From Gemmatimonadota bacterium (GTDB lineage Bacteria; Gemmatimonadota; Gemmatimonadetes; Gemmatimonadales; Gemmatimonadaceae), in the NCBI GenBank assembly GCA_040389905.1, contig JAZJZK010000006.1:32001-96000 (forward strand): 64,000 nt of DNA, written 5' to 3'. This document shows positions 47,944 through 57,581 of this stretch, piece by piece; positions within the stretch are counted from its first letter, which is position 1; the number at the start of each line of letters is the position of its first letter. The notes beneath the pieces were generated by a model. That model made no database searches and had not been told where the DNA came from. It worked only from the letters and a program-made list of their open reading frames with translations. Both the position numbers and the translations under genes were made by a program.

Positions 47944-50028
47944 ATGCATCGCTTGGTTGGTGCGGCCTGCGCCGCTTGCTGTTTGTCGTTGGCGCTCGCA
48001 CCGGCATCGGCGAACGCCCAGGCGTGGAACGATCCACGTTCGCGTGAGCTCGTCGAGCGGGCAACCGCTCGTCGCGCCCAGCAGCTCGCGGACACCGGTC
48101 TCAAGGACTACAAGGCCCTTGCGCACGGATACGTCACATTCCTCGCCGCGGTCGGTGAGGGACTCGCCGAGCCGCCGAAGGTCGTAAAGGCCGACGAGCT
48201 GATGAATGAAGTCTATTGGCTCGCGCCCAACCTGAGCAAGCAGCGCATCCTTGGGCGGCGTGACACGCTACTCCTGCCCACCGACATCGCCTACCACCGC
48301 GATCACCTGGGCATCGTCCAGAACAACTTTCCCGCAATCATCCGCCTTGGCGATGGCGATGAAGTCATCGACGTCCCCCATCCGCTGTCGGATGTCGGGC
48401 TCGCCACCTACGATTTCGCCATCAGTGACTCGCTGTCGTTCCAGTATCCCGGACGCACCGTGCGGATGCTCGAGGTGAAGGTCCGTCCAAAGAACGACCG
48501 GCAACCGCGCATCATCGGCGCGCTCTATATCGATCGAGACGATGCGCAGGTCGTCCGCATGGCGTTCAATTTCACGCGCGCCGCCTTTCGCGACAACGCC
48601 CTCGAAGACCTGTTCGTCATCATCGAGAACAGCCTCGTGAGCGGGCGCTTCTGGCTCCCACACCGGCAGGAGATTGAAATCAGGCGCGGCGGCACGTGGC
48701 TCGACTACCCGATCAGAGGCATCATTCGCGGCCGATGGGACATCGGCGACTACGACGTCAATATCGGTTTGACTCCGGCATTCTTCAACGGGCCGGAAAT
48801 CGCGTTCGCTCCCAAGATCGTGACGGATTCCTTCCATTTCGGCGGCCGGATACTCGACTCGCTCCCTCCGGACGTCCGTGCCGTTACGGATATCGACATT
48901 CAGAAAGTGCGTGACGAGGCGAGGTCGCTCGTTCGCGCACAGGCTCTTCGGCGGCCACAGGCCCTCTCGATGGCGGCGACCGGCATTTCCGACTTCGTGC
49001 ATTACAATCGCGCCGAAGGGTTGGCCGTCGGCGGTGGCATCGCCTCGCGAGTTGGGGGCGGATACGGTGCGCAGTTCCGCATGCGCTACGGTATCGACGA
49101 TCGCACCGTCAAAGGCACGGCGACCCTCGATTGGCAAAGCCCGGCATGGGGCGTCCGCGTGTTCGGCCTGCGTGATCATCGCGAAGCGGGCGACATGCAG
49201 GAGCGCTCTCGCGTGATCAATTCGCTCGCCGGACAGGAATTCGGTGCGGATGCGACTGATCCGTACTCGGTCGAAGGCGCGGGGATCGGCATCGATGCGA
49301 GAACGATGTTCGGGTTTCGCCTGAAGCTCGATGCGTCTGTCGAGCGCCAGCGTCCACTCACCATTCGCGCCACGCCGGCGCAGGGGAGTTTTGATCCTCT
49401 CGTCGCTGCGGCGCCGGTTCGCTCCAGACGGGTCTCGCTCGCCGGTGACAGACCGACCACGCTCTGGTATTTCGGAACCGAGATGAAGGCGAGCGGCGAA
49501 ATTCGCGTGGCCGACAGCCGCTCCGACGACCGTGCCGTACTCCCACGGAGTCCGCTCGTCACGCGCGGGTTTGGCCAACTCACCATCGAGAAGCCGACAG
49601 AATCAGGACGCCTCGCGGTGCTGTTGGCCGGAGGCGTCGTCTACGGAAGCCACCGGCTCCCGCAGCAGGAGTTGCTCTATTTCGGCGGTCCGGTGAGTGC
49701 GCCAGGATACGCCTTCCATGAGCTTCGTGGAGACGTGGCTGCCACGACGCGGCTGGAGTGGCGCACGGCCGTACCCGCGCCGTCGTTTTCACTCGGTCGT
49801 TTTGGACGGACGCCAGCGCAGGCCACCGTCGCGCCATTCGTGCAAGGCACCTATCTCCATCGGGCGATACGCACCGACCTCACGCACGCCGACGGCGTCT
49901 ATCCCAGTGTCGGCGTGGCGGTGCAGCCCTTTTTCGACCTCCTCCGCTTTCAACTCGCGCGCGGACTTCGGAACGGCAGATGGAGCTTCAATGTCGACGT
50001 CGCACGCGACTTGTGGAGCGTGCTGTAG
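47944..50028 (+). CDS. Secreted protein, probable outer-membrane beta-barrel C-terminus
   Basis: Signal peptide ending ANA-Q; amphipathic beta-strand pattern in the C-terminal half; LYFGGPVSAPGY resembles the Omp85 L6 motif. Confidence 0.65.
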   Translation: MHRLVGAACAACCLSLALAPASANAQAWNDPRSRELVERATARRAQQLADTGLKDYKALAHGYVTFLAAVGEGLAEPPKVVKADELMNEVYWLAPNLSKQRILGRRDTLLLPTDIAYHRDHLGIVQNNFPAIIRLGDGDEVIDVPHPLSDVGLATYDFAISDSLSFQYPGRTVRMLEVKVRPKNDRQPRIIGALYIDRDDAQVVRMAFNFTRAAFRDNALEDLFVIIENSLVSGRFWLPHRQEIEIRRGGTWLDYPIRGIIRGRWDIGDYDVNIGLTPAFFNGPEIAFAPKIVTDSFHFGGRILDSLPPDVRAVTDIDIQKVRDEARSLVRAQALRRPQALSMAATGISDFVHYNRAEGLAVGGGIASRVGGGYGAQFRMRYGIDDRTVKGTATLDWQSPAWGVRVFGLRDHREAGDMQERSRVINSLAGQEFGADATDPYSVEGAGIGIDARTMFGFRLKLDASVERQRPLTIRATPAQGSFDPLVAAAPVRSRRVSLAGDRPTTLWYFGTEMKASGEIRVADSRSDDRAVLPRSPLVTRGFGQLTIEKPTESGRLAVLLAGGVVYGSHRLPQQELLYFGGPVSAPGYAFHELRGDVAATTRLEWRTAVPAPSFSLGRFGRTPAQATVAPFVQGTYLHRAIRTDLTHADGVYPSVGVAVQPFFDLLRFQLARGLRNGRWSFNVDVARDLWSVL

Positions 50029-50081
50029 TTCCGCGCAGAGGGGCCCGATTCGAACTGCGGTCTTCGGATAGGGCTACAACT

Positions 50082-50268
50082 GCAGATCTTACGGATTCTA
50101 CGGATTGGCACGGATTGCTCCCTCGCCAAGGCTGACCGCAGCGCGCCAGACGCTTCTTTACAAAAATTGAAGCAAAGACGGTTGCGGCATGCCGGTTAAC
50201 GGCCGGACCGACAATTGGCCTGCGCACGGGACCGATCCGTCGGTATCCGTAGAATCCGTAGAATCTGC
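50082..50268. repeat. MITE-like element: 34-bp terminal inverted repeats built from 9-bp TCTACGGAT-type units
   Basis: Left GCAGAT-CTTACGGAT-TCTACGGAT-TGGCACGGAT (50082-50115); right arm reverse complement GCAGAT-TCTACGGAT-TCTACGGAT-ACCGACGGAT (50235-50268); 119-bp spacer. Confidence 0.85.
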
Positions 50269-50292
50269 TCCTCCCCCTCCGAACAACGCAGC

Positions 50293-50466
50293 TCAGAACC
50301 GAGCACGCTCATCCGCTAGCGCGATTTCCGAGAGATCTCGCGTGGCTGTAGTAGTGTCGGTGACGCGATTGGGATACATCCCCGCCGTCTTCCATTGCCG
50401 CGAGAAACGGCGCACCACATCGATGTTGCCCTCCTCGCTGGTTCCAATGGCACGTTGCTCCGTCAC
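50293..50466 (-). CDS. Small hypothetical protein (57 aa)
   Basis: Strong RBS GAGGGAGG 5 nt before GTG; fills otherwise empty intergenic space. Confidence 0.5.
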   Translation of the reverse strand: MTEQRAIGTSEEGNIDVVRRFSRQWKTAGMYPNRVTDTTTATRDLSEIALADERARF

Positions 50467-50618
50467 GGGTTCCTCCCTCGACACGAAACGCAATTGATGT
50501 GTGCGGAATAGTGCAGGACGATGATGCTTGACGCCACGGGAACCACAGTGCGTGAAAATGCTCCGCTGTGCGCGATCATGGTGACGCACGTCGGCAATCG
50601 ACTCGCTATTCTCGACGC

Positions 50619-52622
50619 GTGACTTCGACTCCGCTCATCGCGCATCCGCGCGCCGACTTTACCTCCATCGATCCGCGTGCCATCACACTGCTCGCGGAAC
50701 GGTGGGCGAGGCACCACCACGTGGTGCCGATCGCCGTGGATGGTGCAACGCTCATCGTCGCCACGTCGAATCCGCTCGACCTCGACGCGGAACGCGCCGT
50801 GGCATTCGCCACCGGCCATCGCGTGCGGTGGACACTGGCCTCCCCCGATGAGATCGGACGCCAGCTCGACCGGGTCTATTCGGAAACACAACTCCGCCGC
50901 GATCCCGTTGCGCCGCCAGTCGAAGTCCAGCATCTCGGCTTCTCCGAGGGCGCCGGTGCCGAGTCTCCCGCCGACGGCGGTGCGTCCATCATTCGCCTGG
51001 TCGATCAACTGCTCGCCGAGGCGATTACCGCCGGCGCGAGCGACCTCCACCTCGAGCCGGAAGAGCAGGGCATCGCGGTCCGTCACCGAGTCGACGGCGT
51101 CATCCGGCAGGTGCGGGTCCTCGCGCGCTCTGTTGGCCCGTCGCTCGTTTCGCGCGTCAAGATCCTCTCCGGCCTCGACATCGCCGATCGCATGCGACCG
51201 CAGGACGGCCGCGCGCGCGTCAGCGTGTTGGGATCGGTTGTCGACCTCCGCGTCTCGACGCTTCCGGTCTCGCATGGAGAAAAGATCGTGGTGCGCGTGC
51301 TCGATGGCAGCGCCGGCCTTCGGACACTCGAGTCGATCGGGTTCTTACCGGCCGACCTGGAACGTATCCGGACCCTGCTCCAGCAACGCGAAGGCTTGAT
51401 TCTCGTCACCGGACCGACCGGCTCCGGAAAGACGACCACCCTCTACGCGGCGCTCAGGGAGATCCAGGCCCGCGGCGTCAACGTGGTGACGGTCGAAGAT
51501 CCCATCGAGTATCGCCTGCCGGGCATCGTGCAGGTGCAGGTGCACGAACGTGCGGGCCTCACTTTTGGCGCCGCACTCCGCTCCATCGTTCGACAGGATC
51601 CAGACGTCATCCTCGTCGGCGAAATTCGCGATCGCGAGACGGCGGAAATCGCCATTCAGGCGTCGCTCACCGGCCACCTCGTACTCTCCACCCTGCACAC
51701 CAACGACGCAGCAAGCGCGGTGACCCGCTTGATCGATATCGGGGTGGCCTCGTATCAGATCGCGACCGCCGTGAAGGGGGTCATCGCACAACGCCTGGTG
51801 CGTCGCAGTTGCCCGGAATGTGGTGCCGCTGGTTGCCCGGCGTGCGAAGACAGCGGCTACCGCGGACGGCGGGCAATTGCCGAGATCCTTCTCACGTCCC
51901 CGGAGTTCGAGAAGCGCGTCGCGGCGGGCGCGCCGACGGAGTCGCTCGCCGAGGCCGCGCGCGCGAACGGGTGCATCGCACTCTGGGACTCGGGGGTGAG
52001 TCTGGTGCGATCCGGCGAGACGACGATGGATGAACTCCGGCGGGTCGCGGCCGAGCCAGCGCGATCAGTCCGCGAAACCGCTCGGCGGGTGAGTGGCGAG
52101 TTTCGTACATTGGAGAATCCGCCCGACATCGTCCCGATCGCATCTTCCGCACTCTCGATGGCCACCGTTAACGTCGGCACAATCGACGTCTATGTGCTCG
52201 CCCGCAACGGCGCAGAGTGGCGCGTTCTGGTTCTAAAACGCTCACGCACGACGCGCTGCCCGGGCGCCTGGGAAACCGTGCACGGCCGAATCGAGGTCGG
52301 CGAGGAGCCCGAAGACGCGGCCGTGCGCGAGCTTCGTGAGGAAACCGGGTTGGAGTTCGAACGGCTCTACAACGTCACCGTCCAGCCATTTTATCTCCAC
52401 CGAACACACACAGTCGAACTCGCGGTCGTCTTCGCCGCATTTGTCGCCTGGCCCGCAAGCGTCACCCTCGGCGAGGAGCATTCCGACTGCGAGTGGTTGG
52501 CTCCTGAAGCCGCGATGGAGCGATTCTTCTGGCCTCGCGAGCGATCCGCCTTAGCTGATGTCTTACACCTCTTTCGCACCGGGGACGGCGGCGAAGCAGA
52601 GGACGTGCTGCGAGTCAGGTAA
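50619..52622 (+). CDS. GspE/PilB-family secretion ATPase fused to a C-terminal Nudix hydrolase
   Basis: ASDLHLEP, PQDGR, GPTGSGKTTT, EDPIE, RQDPDVILVGEIRD, STLHTND, CxxC..CxxC; then Nudix box GRIEVGEEPEDAAVRELREETGL with no intervening stop. Confidence 0.9.
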   Translation: MTSTPLIAHPRADFTSIDPRAITLLAERWARHHHVVPIAVDGATLIVATSNPLDLDAERAVAFATGHRVRWTLASPDEIGRQLDRVYSETQLRRDPVAPPVEVQHLGFSEGAGAESPADGGASIIRLVDQLLAEAITAGASDLHLEPEEQGIAVRHRVDGVIRQVRVLARSVGPSLVSRVKILSGLDIADRMRPQDGRARVSVLGSVVDLRVSTLPVSHGEKIVVRVLDGSAGLRTLESIGFLPADLERIRTLLQQREGLILVTGPTGSGKTTTLYAALREIQARGVNVVTVEDPIEYRLPGIVQVQVHERAGLTFGAALRSIVRQDPDVILVGEIRDRETAEIAIQASLTGHLVLSTLHTNDAASAVTRLIDIGVASYQIATAVKGVIAQRLVRRSCPECGAAGCPACEDSGYRGRRAIAEILLTSPEFEKRVAAGAPTESLAEAARANGCIALWDSGVSLVRSGETTMDELRRVAAEPARSVRETARRVSGEFRTLENPPDIVPIASSALSMATVNVGTIDVYVLARNGAEWRVLVLKRSRTTRCPGAWETVHGRIEVGEEPEDAAVRELREETGLEFERLYNVTVQPFYLHRTHTVELAVVFAAFVAWPASVTLGEEHSDCEWLAPEAAMERFFWPRERSALADVLHLFRTGDGGEAEDVLRVR

Positions 52623-52654
52623 CGGGCGGGCCCGGGCCAGGCCTAACTGATGAT

Positions 52655-52847
52655 GGGGGCGAGGGCTGGCGCCCGAGCTAAACGCGGGCTTGGCCGCGGG
52701 CTTGGGCCAGGGCTTGGGCAAGGGCTTGCCCGCAGGCTCGGGCCGGGGCTTGGGTTAGGGCTGGGGGCTGACTTTGCTGAGGCTTGAGCCCCGGCCTCAG
52801 CCCCCGCCGGCAGGTAGGCCCCGGCCCGGGCACGAGCCCCTCGCCCC
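52655..52847. repeat. G-rich 12-bp tandem repeat folded back on a C-rich arm; G-quadruplex-capable
   Basis: Seven NNGGGCTTGGGC-like units at 52684-52767; closing IR GGGGCGAGGG/CCCTCGCCCC; between convergent genes. Confidence 0.75.
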
Positions 52848-52902
52848 AATCCCTGGTTATCAGCCAGTCAGCTGTCAGTCTGTCAGCTGTCCCAGCGGCT
52901 AC

Positions 52903-53754
52903 CTAGCGTGGAACTCGGTGCTCCGATGTCCTGAGAATCGTCGCCGGGTCCGGCGCGTTCGGCTTCACGCGCACGCTCTTCGCCGGAATCCCCACATACA
53001 CGTGGTAGGGGCGCACGTCCTTCGTGGCAACCGCGTTCGCGCCCACCATGCCTTGTTCACCAACGTGTACCCCGGCGAGCACCGTCGCATGATACGTCAC
53101 GCGCACGCCGTTCTCGAGTACCGTCAACGCGTTCGTCACATCACGTTGGTCCACGATGCTGTGCGTGTGGCTGTAAATGTTCGCGTAATCACTGATCGAC
53201 ACATTGTCGGCGAGTTGAATGCCGCCGCGGTCATCGAGCAGCACGTGACGGTGCACGACGACGTTATCGCCAACATCCATGTTGTAGCCGAACGAGAACT
53301 CCACGTTCTGGAACGCCTTGAAGTTCTCGCCGCACCGCTTGAAAATCTTCTGCGCGAGCAGCCGCCGAAAGCGAACCGCCAGCCCCACATTCTGCCCGCC
53401 GAGCACCGTTCGGTCGAACGAATACCACAGCCAGAGCAGCGGCTTGACCGGCTGGAAACGCTCGTCATCACAATCCGCGTAGAACTCCGGCTCGAGCGTG
53501 ATGTTGCGCGGGTCGAGCGAGGATAGCGCCAGCCGCGTCGCGAGCGGCAGTGACTCGTCGTTCACCGCCGTTTCCCAGTTCCCTCGGTACTCCGGAAAGG
53601 TGAGATCCGTCAGCGTCTCGCGGCAGAGCACCGATCTGTCAGCCGACAGATCACTGCTGCCGGCGGCGAGCCGGTCCCCGATCTGCTCCAGCCAAGCATC
53701 TGCGATTGCCGAAGTACCGTTCGGGGGAAGCGAGCGAAGTGGAAGAAAAGGCAT
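52903..53754 (-). CDS. Hexapeptide-repeat (left-handed beta-helix) acyltransferase
   Basis: VGDNVVV, LADNVSI, LENGVRV, VGEQGMVGANAVATKDV..YVGIPAK. Confidence 0.9.
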   Translation of the reverse strand: MPFLPLRSLPPNGTSAIADAWLEQIGDRLAAGSSDLSADRSVLCRETLTDLTFPEYRGNWETAVNDESLPLATRLALSSLDPRNITLEPEFYADCDDERFQPVKPLLWLWYSFDRTVLGGQNVGLAVRFRRLLAQKIFKRCGENFKAFQNVEFSFGYNMDVGDNVVVHRHVLLDDRGGIQLADNVSISDYANIYSHTHSIVDQRDVTNALTVLENGVRVTYHATVLAGVHVGEQGMVGANAVATKDVRPYHVYVGIPAKSVRVKPNAPDPATILRTSEHRVPR

Positions 53755-53756
53755 GA

Positions 53757-54440
53757 TCAATTCTCAGGCGGTGGGGTTGCTGAGCGCGTCTGTGCCCTCG
53801 ACCGGACCAGCGCGCGTTCCTTTTCGATCTCGCGCAATTTGGAACTCCAGTCGGTACTCGCCGAGCGCTCACTGCCGAGGGATACCGTGAGCGGCTGGTT
53901 GACGTCGAGCGCATCATCGAAGAGGTAGATCGCGCGCTGCGTGGAGCGTGCTTGCAGGCGTTGCTCGCCGAATCCCGCGGTGAGCGGAAGCACTTCGACC
54001 GGTCGGAAGTCACGCCCCGCAGACGTGATGGTCAACTCGAGTGGTGAAAAGCGCGCGTCAGCCGCCAGACCGAAGAAATCGACCGACCAGAGAACGCCAC
54101 GAAGCAGACCGTGTTGCGCCGCGAGTCGCGTGACCGCGGTCCGCTTGCTCTCCGCAAGGTCTCGCAAGGCACGGTATGAGTCGGGCGATAATGTGCGAAT
54201 GACATTCTCGTCGAGCGGAATCGCCTTCACCAGAACGTCCGACAACTGGAGCTTGATCGCGATGTTATCCTGCTTGAGCGTCCCGAAACCGGCAGGAATG
54301 AGCCCGCTGGCATTCGTATCCGCGACCGTGACCGGCGGCGTCGCGGGCTTCGTTGCCGAAGCGGGCGGGCTCTGCGCGCACCCGAGGGCGGCATGAAGCA
54401 AGAGCACCGCCGCCGCAGTCGCCGCGCGGTGCCGGTTCAC
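53757..54440 (-). CDS. Hypothetical lipoprotein
   Basis: GTG 54440 overlaps engB stop; lipobox ALG-C; Pro/Ala linker then globular domain. Confidence 0.7.
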   Translation of the reverse strand: MNRHRAATAAAVLLLHAALGCAQSPPASATKPATPPVTVADTNASGLIPAGFGTLKQDNIAIKLQLSDVLVKAIPLDENVIRTLSPDSYRALRDLAESKRTAVTRLAAQHGLLRGVLWSVDFFGLAADARFSPLELTITSAGRDFRPVEVLPLTAGFGEQRLQARSTQRAIYLFDDALDVNQPLTVSLGSERSASTDWSSKLREIEKERALVRSRAQTRSATPPPEN

Positions 54441-55123
54441 GCCGTTGCTCCAGGCACGACCGGAGGCGTTTCCGGCGCCGCCTCGCCGTCCGGCGGTGCG
54501 GGCGTTCGCCACGACGGTTGCCCAACGAGCGACACGACGGCGTCGGCCAGATCGTCGCGACCATGATTGGTCTCCGCGCTGAACGGAATCATCTGTTCGT
54601 CCTCCAGCCGAAGTGCCACCGCGATCTCGTGCACGCGGCCCGCCACTTCCCGCGTGCGCAACTTGTCGATCTTGGTCAGGACAACGATGGTCGGCACCTC
54701 GATCTCCGCGAGGAAATCGAACATCTGGATGTCTTCCTCCGACGGATGATGCCGGATGTCGAGCAACTGCACCACGCCTCGGAGCGCCGGAGAGATCCGT
54801 AGATACCCCTCGATGAGCGGGAGCCACTCCGCCTTGCGCGTCTTCGAGATCTTCGCGTAGCCGTAGCCCGGTAGATCCGCGAGGACGAACGTCCCATTCA
54901 CCTTGAAGAAATTGATCTCGCGCGTCCGCCCGGGCGTGTTGCTCACGCGCGCGAACGCCTTTCTCCGCACCAATCGGTTGAGCAGCGACGACTTGCCGAC
55001 GTTCGATCGCCCCGCAAACGCCACTTCCGGCAACTCGTTCGTCGGGCGCCAGCCCTCCGCAGTTGCCATCGGCCCGATGAACTCGAGCGACTTGATCACC
55101 AGCGGATCCGGCCCGCTGCTCAA
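54437..55123 (-). CDS. engB: Ribosome biogenesis GTPase YihA/YsxC
   Basis: [24 protein letters not shown]. Confidence 0.96.
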   Translation of the reverse strand: MSSGPDPLVIKSLEFIGPMATAEGWRPTNELPEVAFAGRSNVGKSSLLNRLVRRKAFARVSNTPGRTREINFFKVNGTFVLADLPGYGYAKISKTRKAEWLPLIEGYLRISPALRGVVQLLDIRHHPSEEDIQMFDFLAEIEVPTIVVLTKIDKLRTREVAGRVHEIAVALRLEDEQMIPFSAETNHGRDDLADAVVSLVGQPSWRTPAPPDGEAAPETPPVVPGATA

Positions 55124-57528
55124 TGTGCCACCATCGTTGCGGTCTCTTCATCGGCGCGCGGTTTGACACCGCGCGCCAGCGCCACCGCGAGCACTTCGTC
55201 CATCGAGCGCACGGGATGGAACTGTATTCCGGCCTTCACCTCGGCGGGTAGCTCATCGAGGTCTCGCGCATTCTCCTGTGGAAGGATGACATGCGAGATA
55301 CGATTCCGCAGCGCGGCGACTGTCTTCTCTTTCAACCCGCCGATGCCTAGCACGCGGCCTCGGAGCGTGATCTCGCCGGTCATCGCGACATCACCGCGCA
55401 GCGGGATGCCGGTGAGCGCACTCACAATGGCACACGCGATCGCGATGCCCGCACTCGGTCCATCCTTCGGCGTTGCGCCGGCCGGGATGTGGACATGCAG
55501 GTCGCGCGTGCGGAGGAACTCCCGTTCCAGCCCGAGGGAGGATGCCCGTGCGCGTGCGTAGCTCAGCGCGGCGCTCGCCGACTCCTTCATCACGTCGCCA
55601 AGGGTACCGGTGAGCTGGAGACGGCCGCGGCCCGGGACGACACTGACTTCGATCTCGAGCACATCGCCCCCGACGCTCGTGTATGCGAGACCAGTCGCCA
55701 CACCGACCTTGTCTTCGATCTGGTTCGCTTCCGGATCGAAGGGTGCCACACCGAGCATGCCGGTGAGCATTGCCCGCGTAACAACGTCCGTCTCCACGGC
55801 CGGCTCGGCGCTCGACAACGTCCGTCGCTCGGCGCGCGCGCGGGCGAGCTTGCGCGAGATACGCGCAAGCCGCCGTTCCAGGTCGCGGACCCCTGCCTCT
55901 CGTGTGTATCCATGCACGATCGCGGGGATGACGTCGGCGTCGAGCGTGACCGTCGCCGGATCGATGCCATGCTGCTTGAGCTGTCGCGGCTGAAGGAATT
56001 GTCGCGCGATCGCGTACTTCTCCTGGTCAAGGTACCCGGCGAGGCGAATGATCTCCATCCGGTCGCGCAGCGGCTCCGGAATCGTCCCGAGGGAATTGGC
56101 CGTCGTGATGAACAGCACCTGCGACAGGTCGTAGTCTGCCTCGAGATAGTGATCGTTGAACGCCCGATTCTGCTCCGGGTCGAGCACCTCGAGCAGGGCG
56201 GCCGATGGATCTCCGCGGTAGTCGTTTCCGAGCTTGTCGATCTCGTCGAGCAGGATCACGGGATTGACCGTCTCCGCGCGTCGCATCGCCTGGATCACTC
56301 GGCCGGGCATGGCGCCGATGTACGTGCGCCGGTGTCCGCGAATCTCCGCCTCGTCACGCACGCCACCGAGGGACATCCGAACGAACTTGCGGCCCAGCGC
56401 GCGCGCGATCGACCGGCCGAGAGAGGTTTTGCCCACACCCGGCGGCCCGACGAGGCAGAGGATAGGTCCATCGAGCCGCTCCACGAGCGCGAGCACGCCG
56501 ATGTAGTCGAGCACGCGCTCCTTCACGTCGTCGAGCCCGTAGTGATCCTCGTCGAGCACTTGCCGCGCATGCGCTACATCGAGCACGTCATCGGTGCGCT
56601 CCCGCCACGGAAGCGCCGCGATCCATTCGAGGTACGTCCGCGCGACGCCAGACTCCGGCGACATGGCCGACAGCCTTCGCAAGCGGCGCAACTCGCGCTG
56701 CGCACGCGCGTGGACGGCCTCCGGAAGTCCCTTCGACTCGAGGGTTGCCGCCAGTTCGTCCGTATCGTCGCCGTCGTCGGCTCCGAGTTCCCGGTGGATC
56801 GCCTTGAGCTGCTCCTGCAGATAGAACTCGCGCTGGTTCTGGAAGAGCGACCCGCGCACATCGTCATCGATCTTCCGCTCGAGCTTGAGGAGGTCGATCT
56901 CGCTCGTCAGCGTCTCACCAAGCGCGCGGAGGAGCGACGGGAAATCCGCCGACTCGAGCAGCGCCTGCCGGCGTTCGAGACGCGTTCCGACATGGGCGGC
57001 AATGCCGAAGGTCTGCCGCCCCGGCGTTTCAGCGCTCTGGATGAGTGTGACGAGCTCGGCCGGCAGTCGACGATGCACCGCGACGTACTCCTCGAACAAC
57101 GACACCGCGCGCCGCAGATGCGCCGCGGCGTCGCCATCATCGTCGAGCGTCAACGGCGCCATCGGCTCGACCACGGCCCGCAAGGTCTCGGTGCTCGGGA
57201 CGTATCGCGACACGCGTGCACGCGTCACTCCCTCGACGAGCACCTTGACCGTACCCGTGCCGAGCCGCGAGAGCTGCCGCACACGCGCAATCACTCCCAC
57301 GCGATACAGGTCTGCCGACGCAGGTTCCTGCTTTTCGGGATCGCGCTGTGCCACGAGGAGCACGAGGTTGTCGGAGGCCGCGGCGGCTTCGAGTGCGGCG
57401 AGTGACGCGGCGCGACCGACGAGGAGCGGCATCACCACGTATGGGAACACGACAACGTCACGCAGCGGCAGCACCGGGAGGCGCGCTGCGGTCGTGATCG
57501 TTTCGCCGTCGACGAGAAAAGAGGGCAT
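55120..57528 (-). CDS. lon: ATP-dependent protease La
   Basis: LPVLPLRD N-domain, [29 protein letters not shown]. Confidence 0.97.
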   Translation of the reverse strand: MPSFLVDGETITTAARLPVLPLRDVVVFPYVVMPLLVGRAASLAALEAAAASDNLVLLVAQRDPEKQEPASADLYRVGVIARVRQLSRLGTGTVKVLVEGVTRARVSRYVPSTETLRAVVEPMAPLTLDDDGDAAAHLRRAVSLFEEYVAVHRRLPAELVTLIQSAETPGRQTFGIAAHVGTRLERRQALLESADFPSLLRALGETLTSEIDLLKLERKIDDDVRGSLFQNQREFYLQEQLKAIHRELGADDGDDTDELAATLESKGLPEAVHARAQRELRRLRRLSAMSPESGVARTYLEWIAALPWRERTDDVLDVAHARQVLDEDHYGLDDVKERVLDYIGVLALVERLDGPILCLVGPPGVGKTSLGRSIARALGRKFVRMSLGGVRDEAEIRGHRRTYIGAMPGRVIQAMRRAETVNPVILLDEIDKLGNDYRGDPSAALLEVLDPEQNRAFNDHYLEADYDLSQVLFITTANSLGTIPEPLRDRMEIIRLAGYLDQEKYAIARQFLQPRQLKQHGIDPATVTLDADVIPAIVHGYTREAGVRDLERRLARISRKLARARAERRTLSSAEPAVETDVVTRAMLTGMLGVAPFDPEANQIEDKVGVATGLAYTSVGGDVLEIEVSVVPGRGRLQLTGTLGDVMKESASAALSYARARASSLGLEREFLRTRDLHVHIPAGATPKDGPSAGIAIACAIVSALTGIPLRGDVAMTGEITLRGRVLGIGGLKEKTVAALRNRISHVILPQENARDLDELPAEVKAGIQFHPVRSMDEVLAVALARGVKPRADEETATMVAH

Positions 57529-57581
57529 GCCGAAAGATACTCCCGACCGGCCCGACGCGCGCAGCCTACCGCGTCAACGCG

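Noticed and set aside
54441..55169. N-terminal 243 codons of the 470-aa ORF 53757-55169
   Set aside because: Alternative frame overlapping engB; the real gene starts at GTG 54440 with a lipoprotein signal.
55489..57405. 638-aa plus-strand ORF; similar long ORFs at 29595-31181, 48268-49578, 20602-21945, 35412-36464 and 60858-61868
   Set aside because: Antisense shadows of well-supported genes (lon, glmS and others). High-GC codon bias suppresses stops on the opposite strand, and the translations have no motifs.
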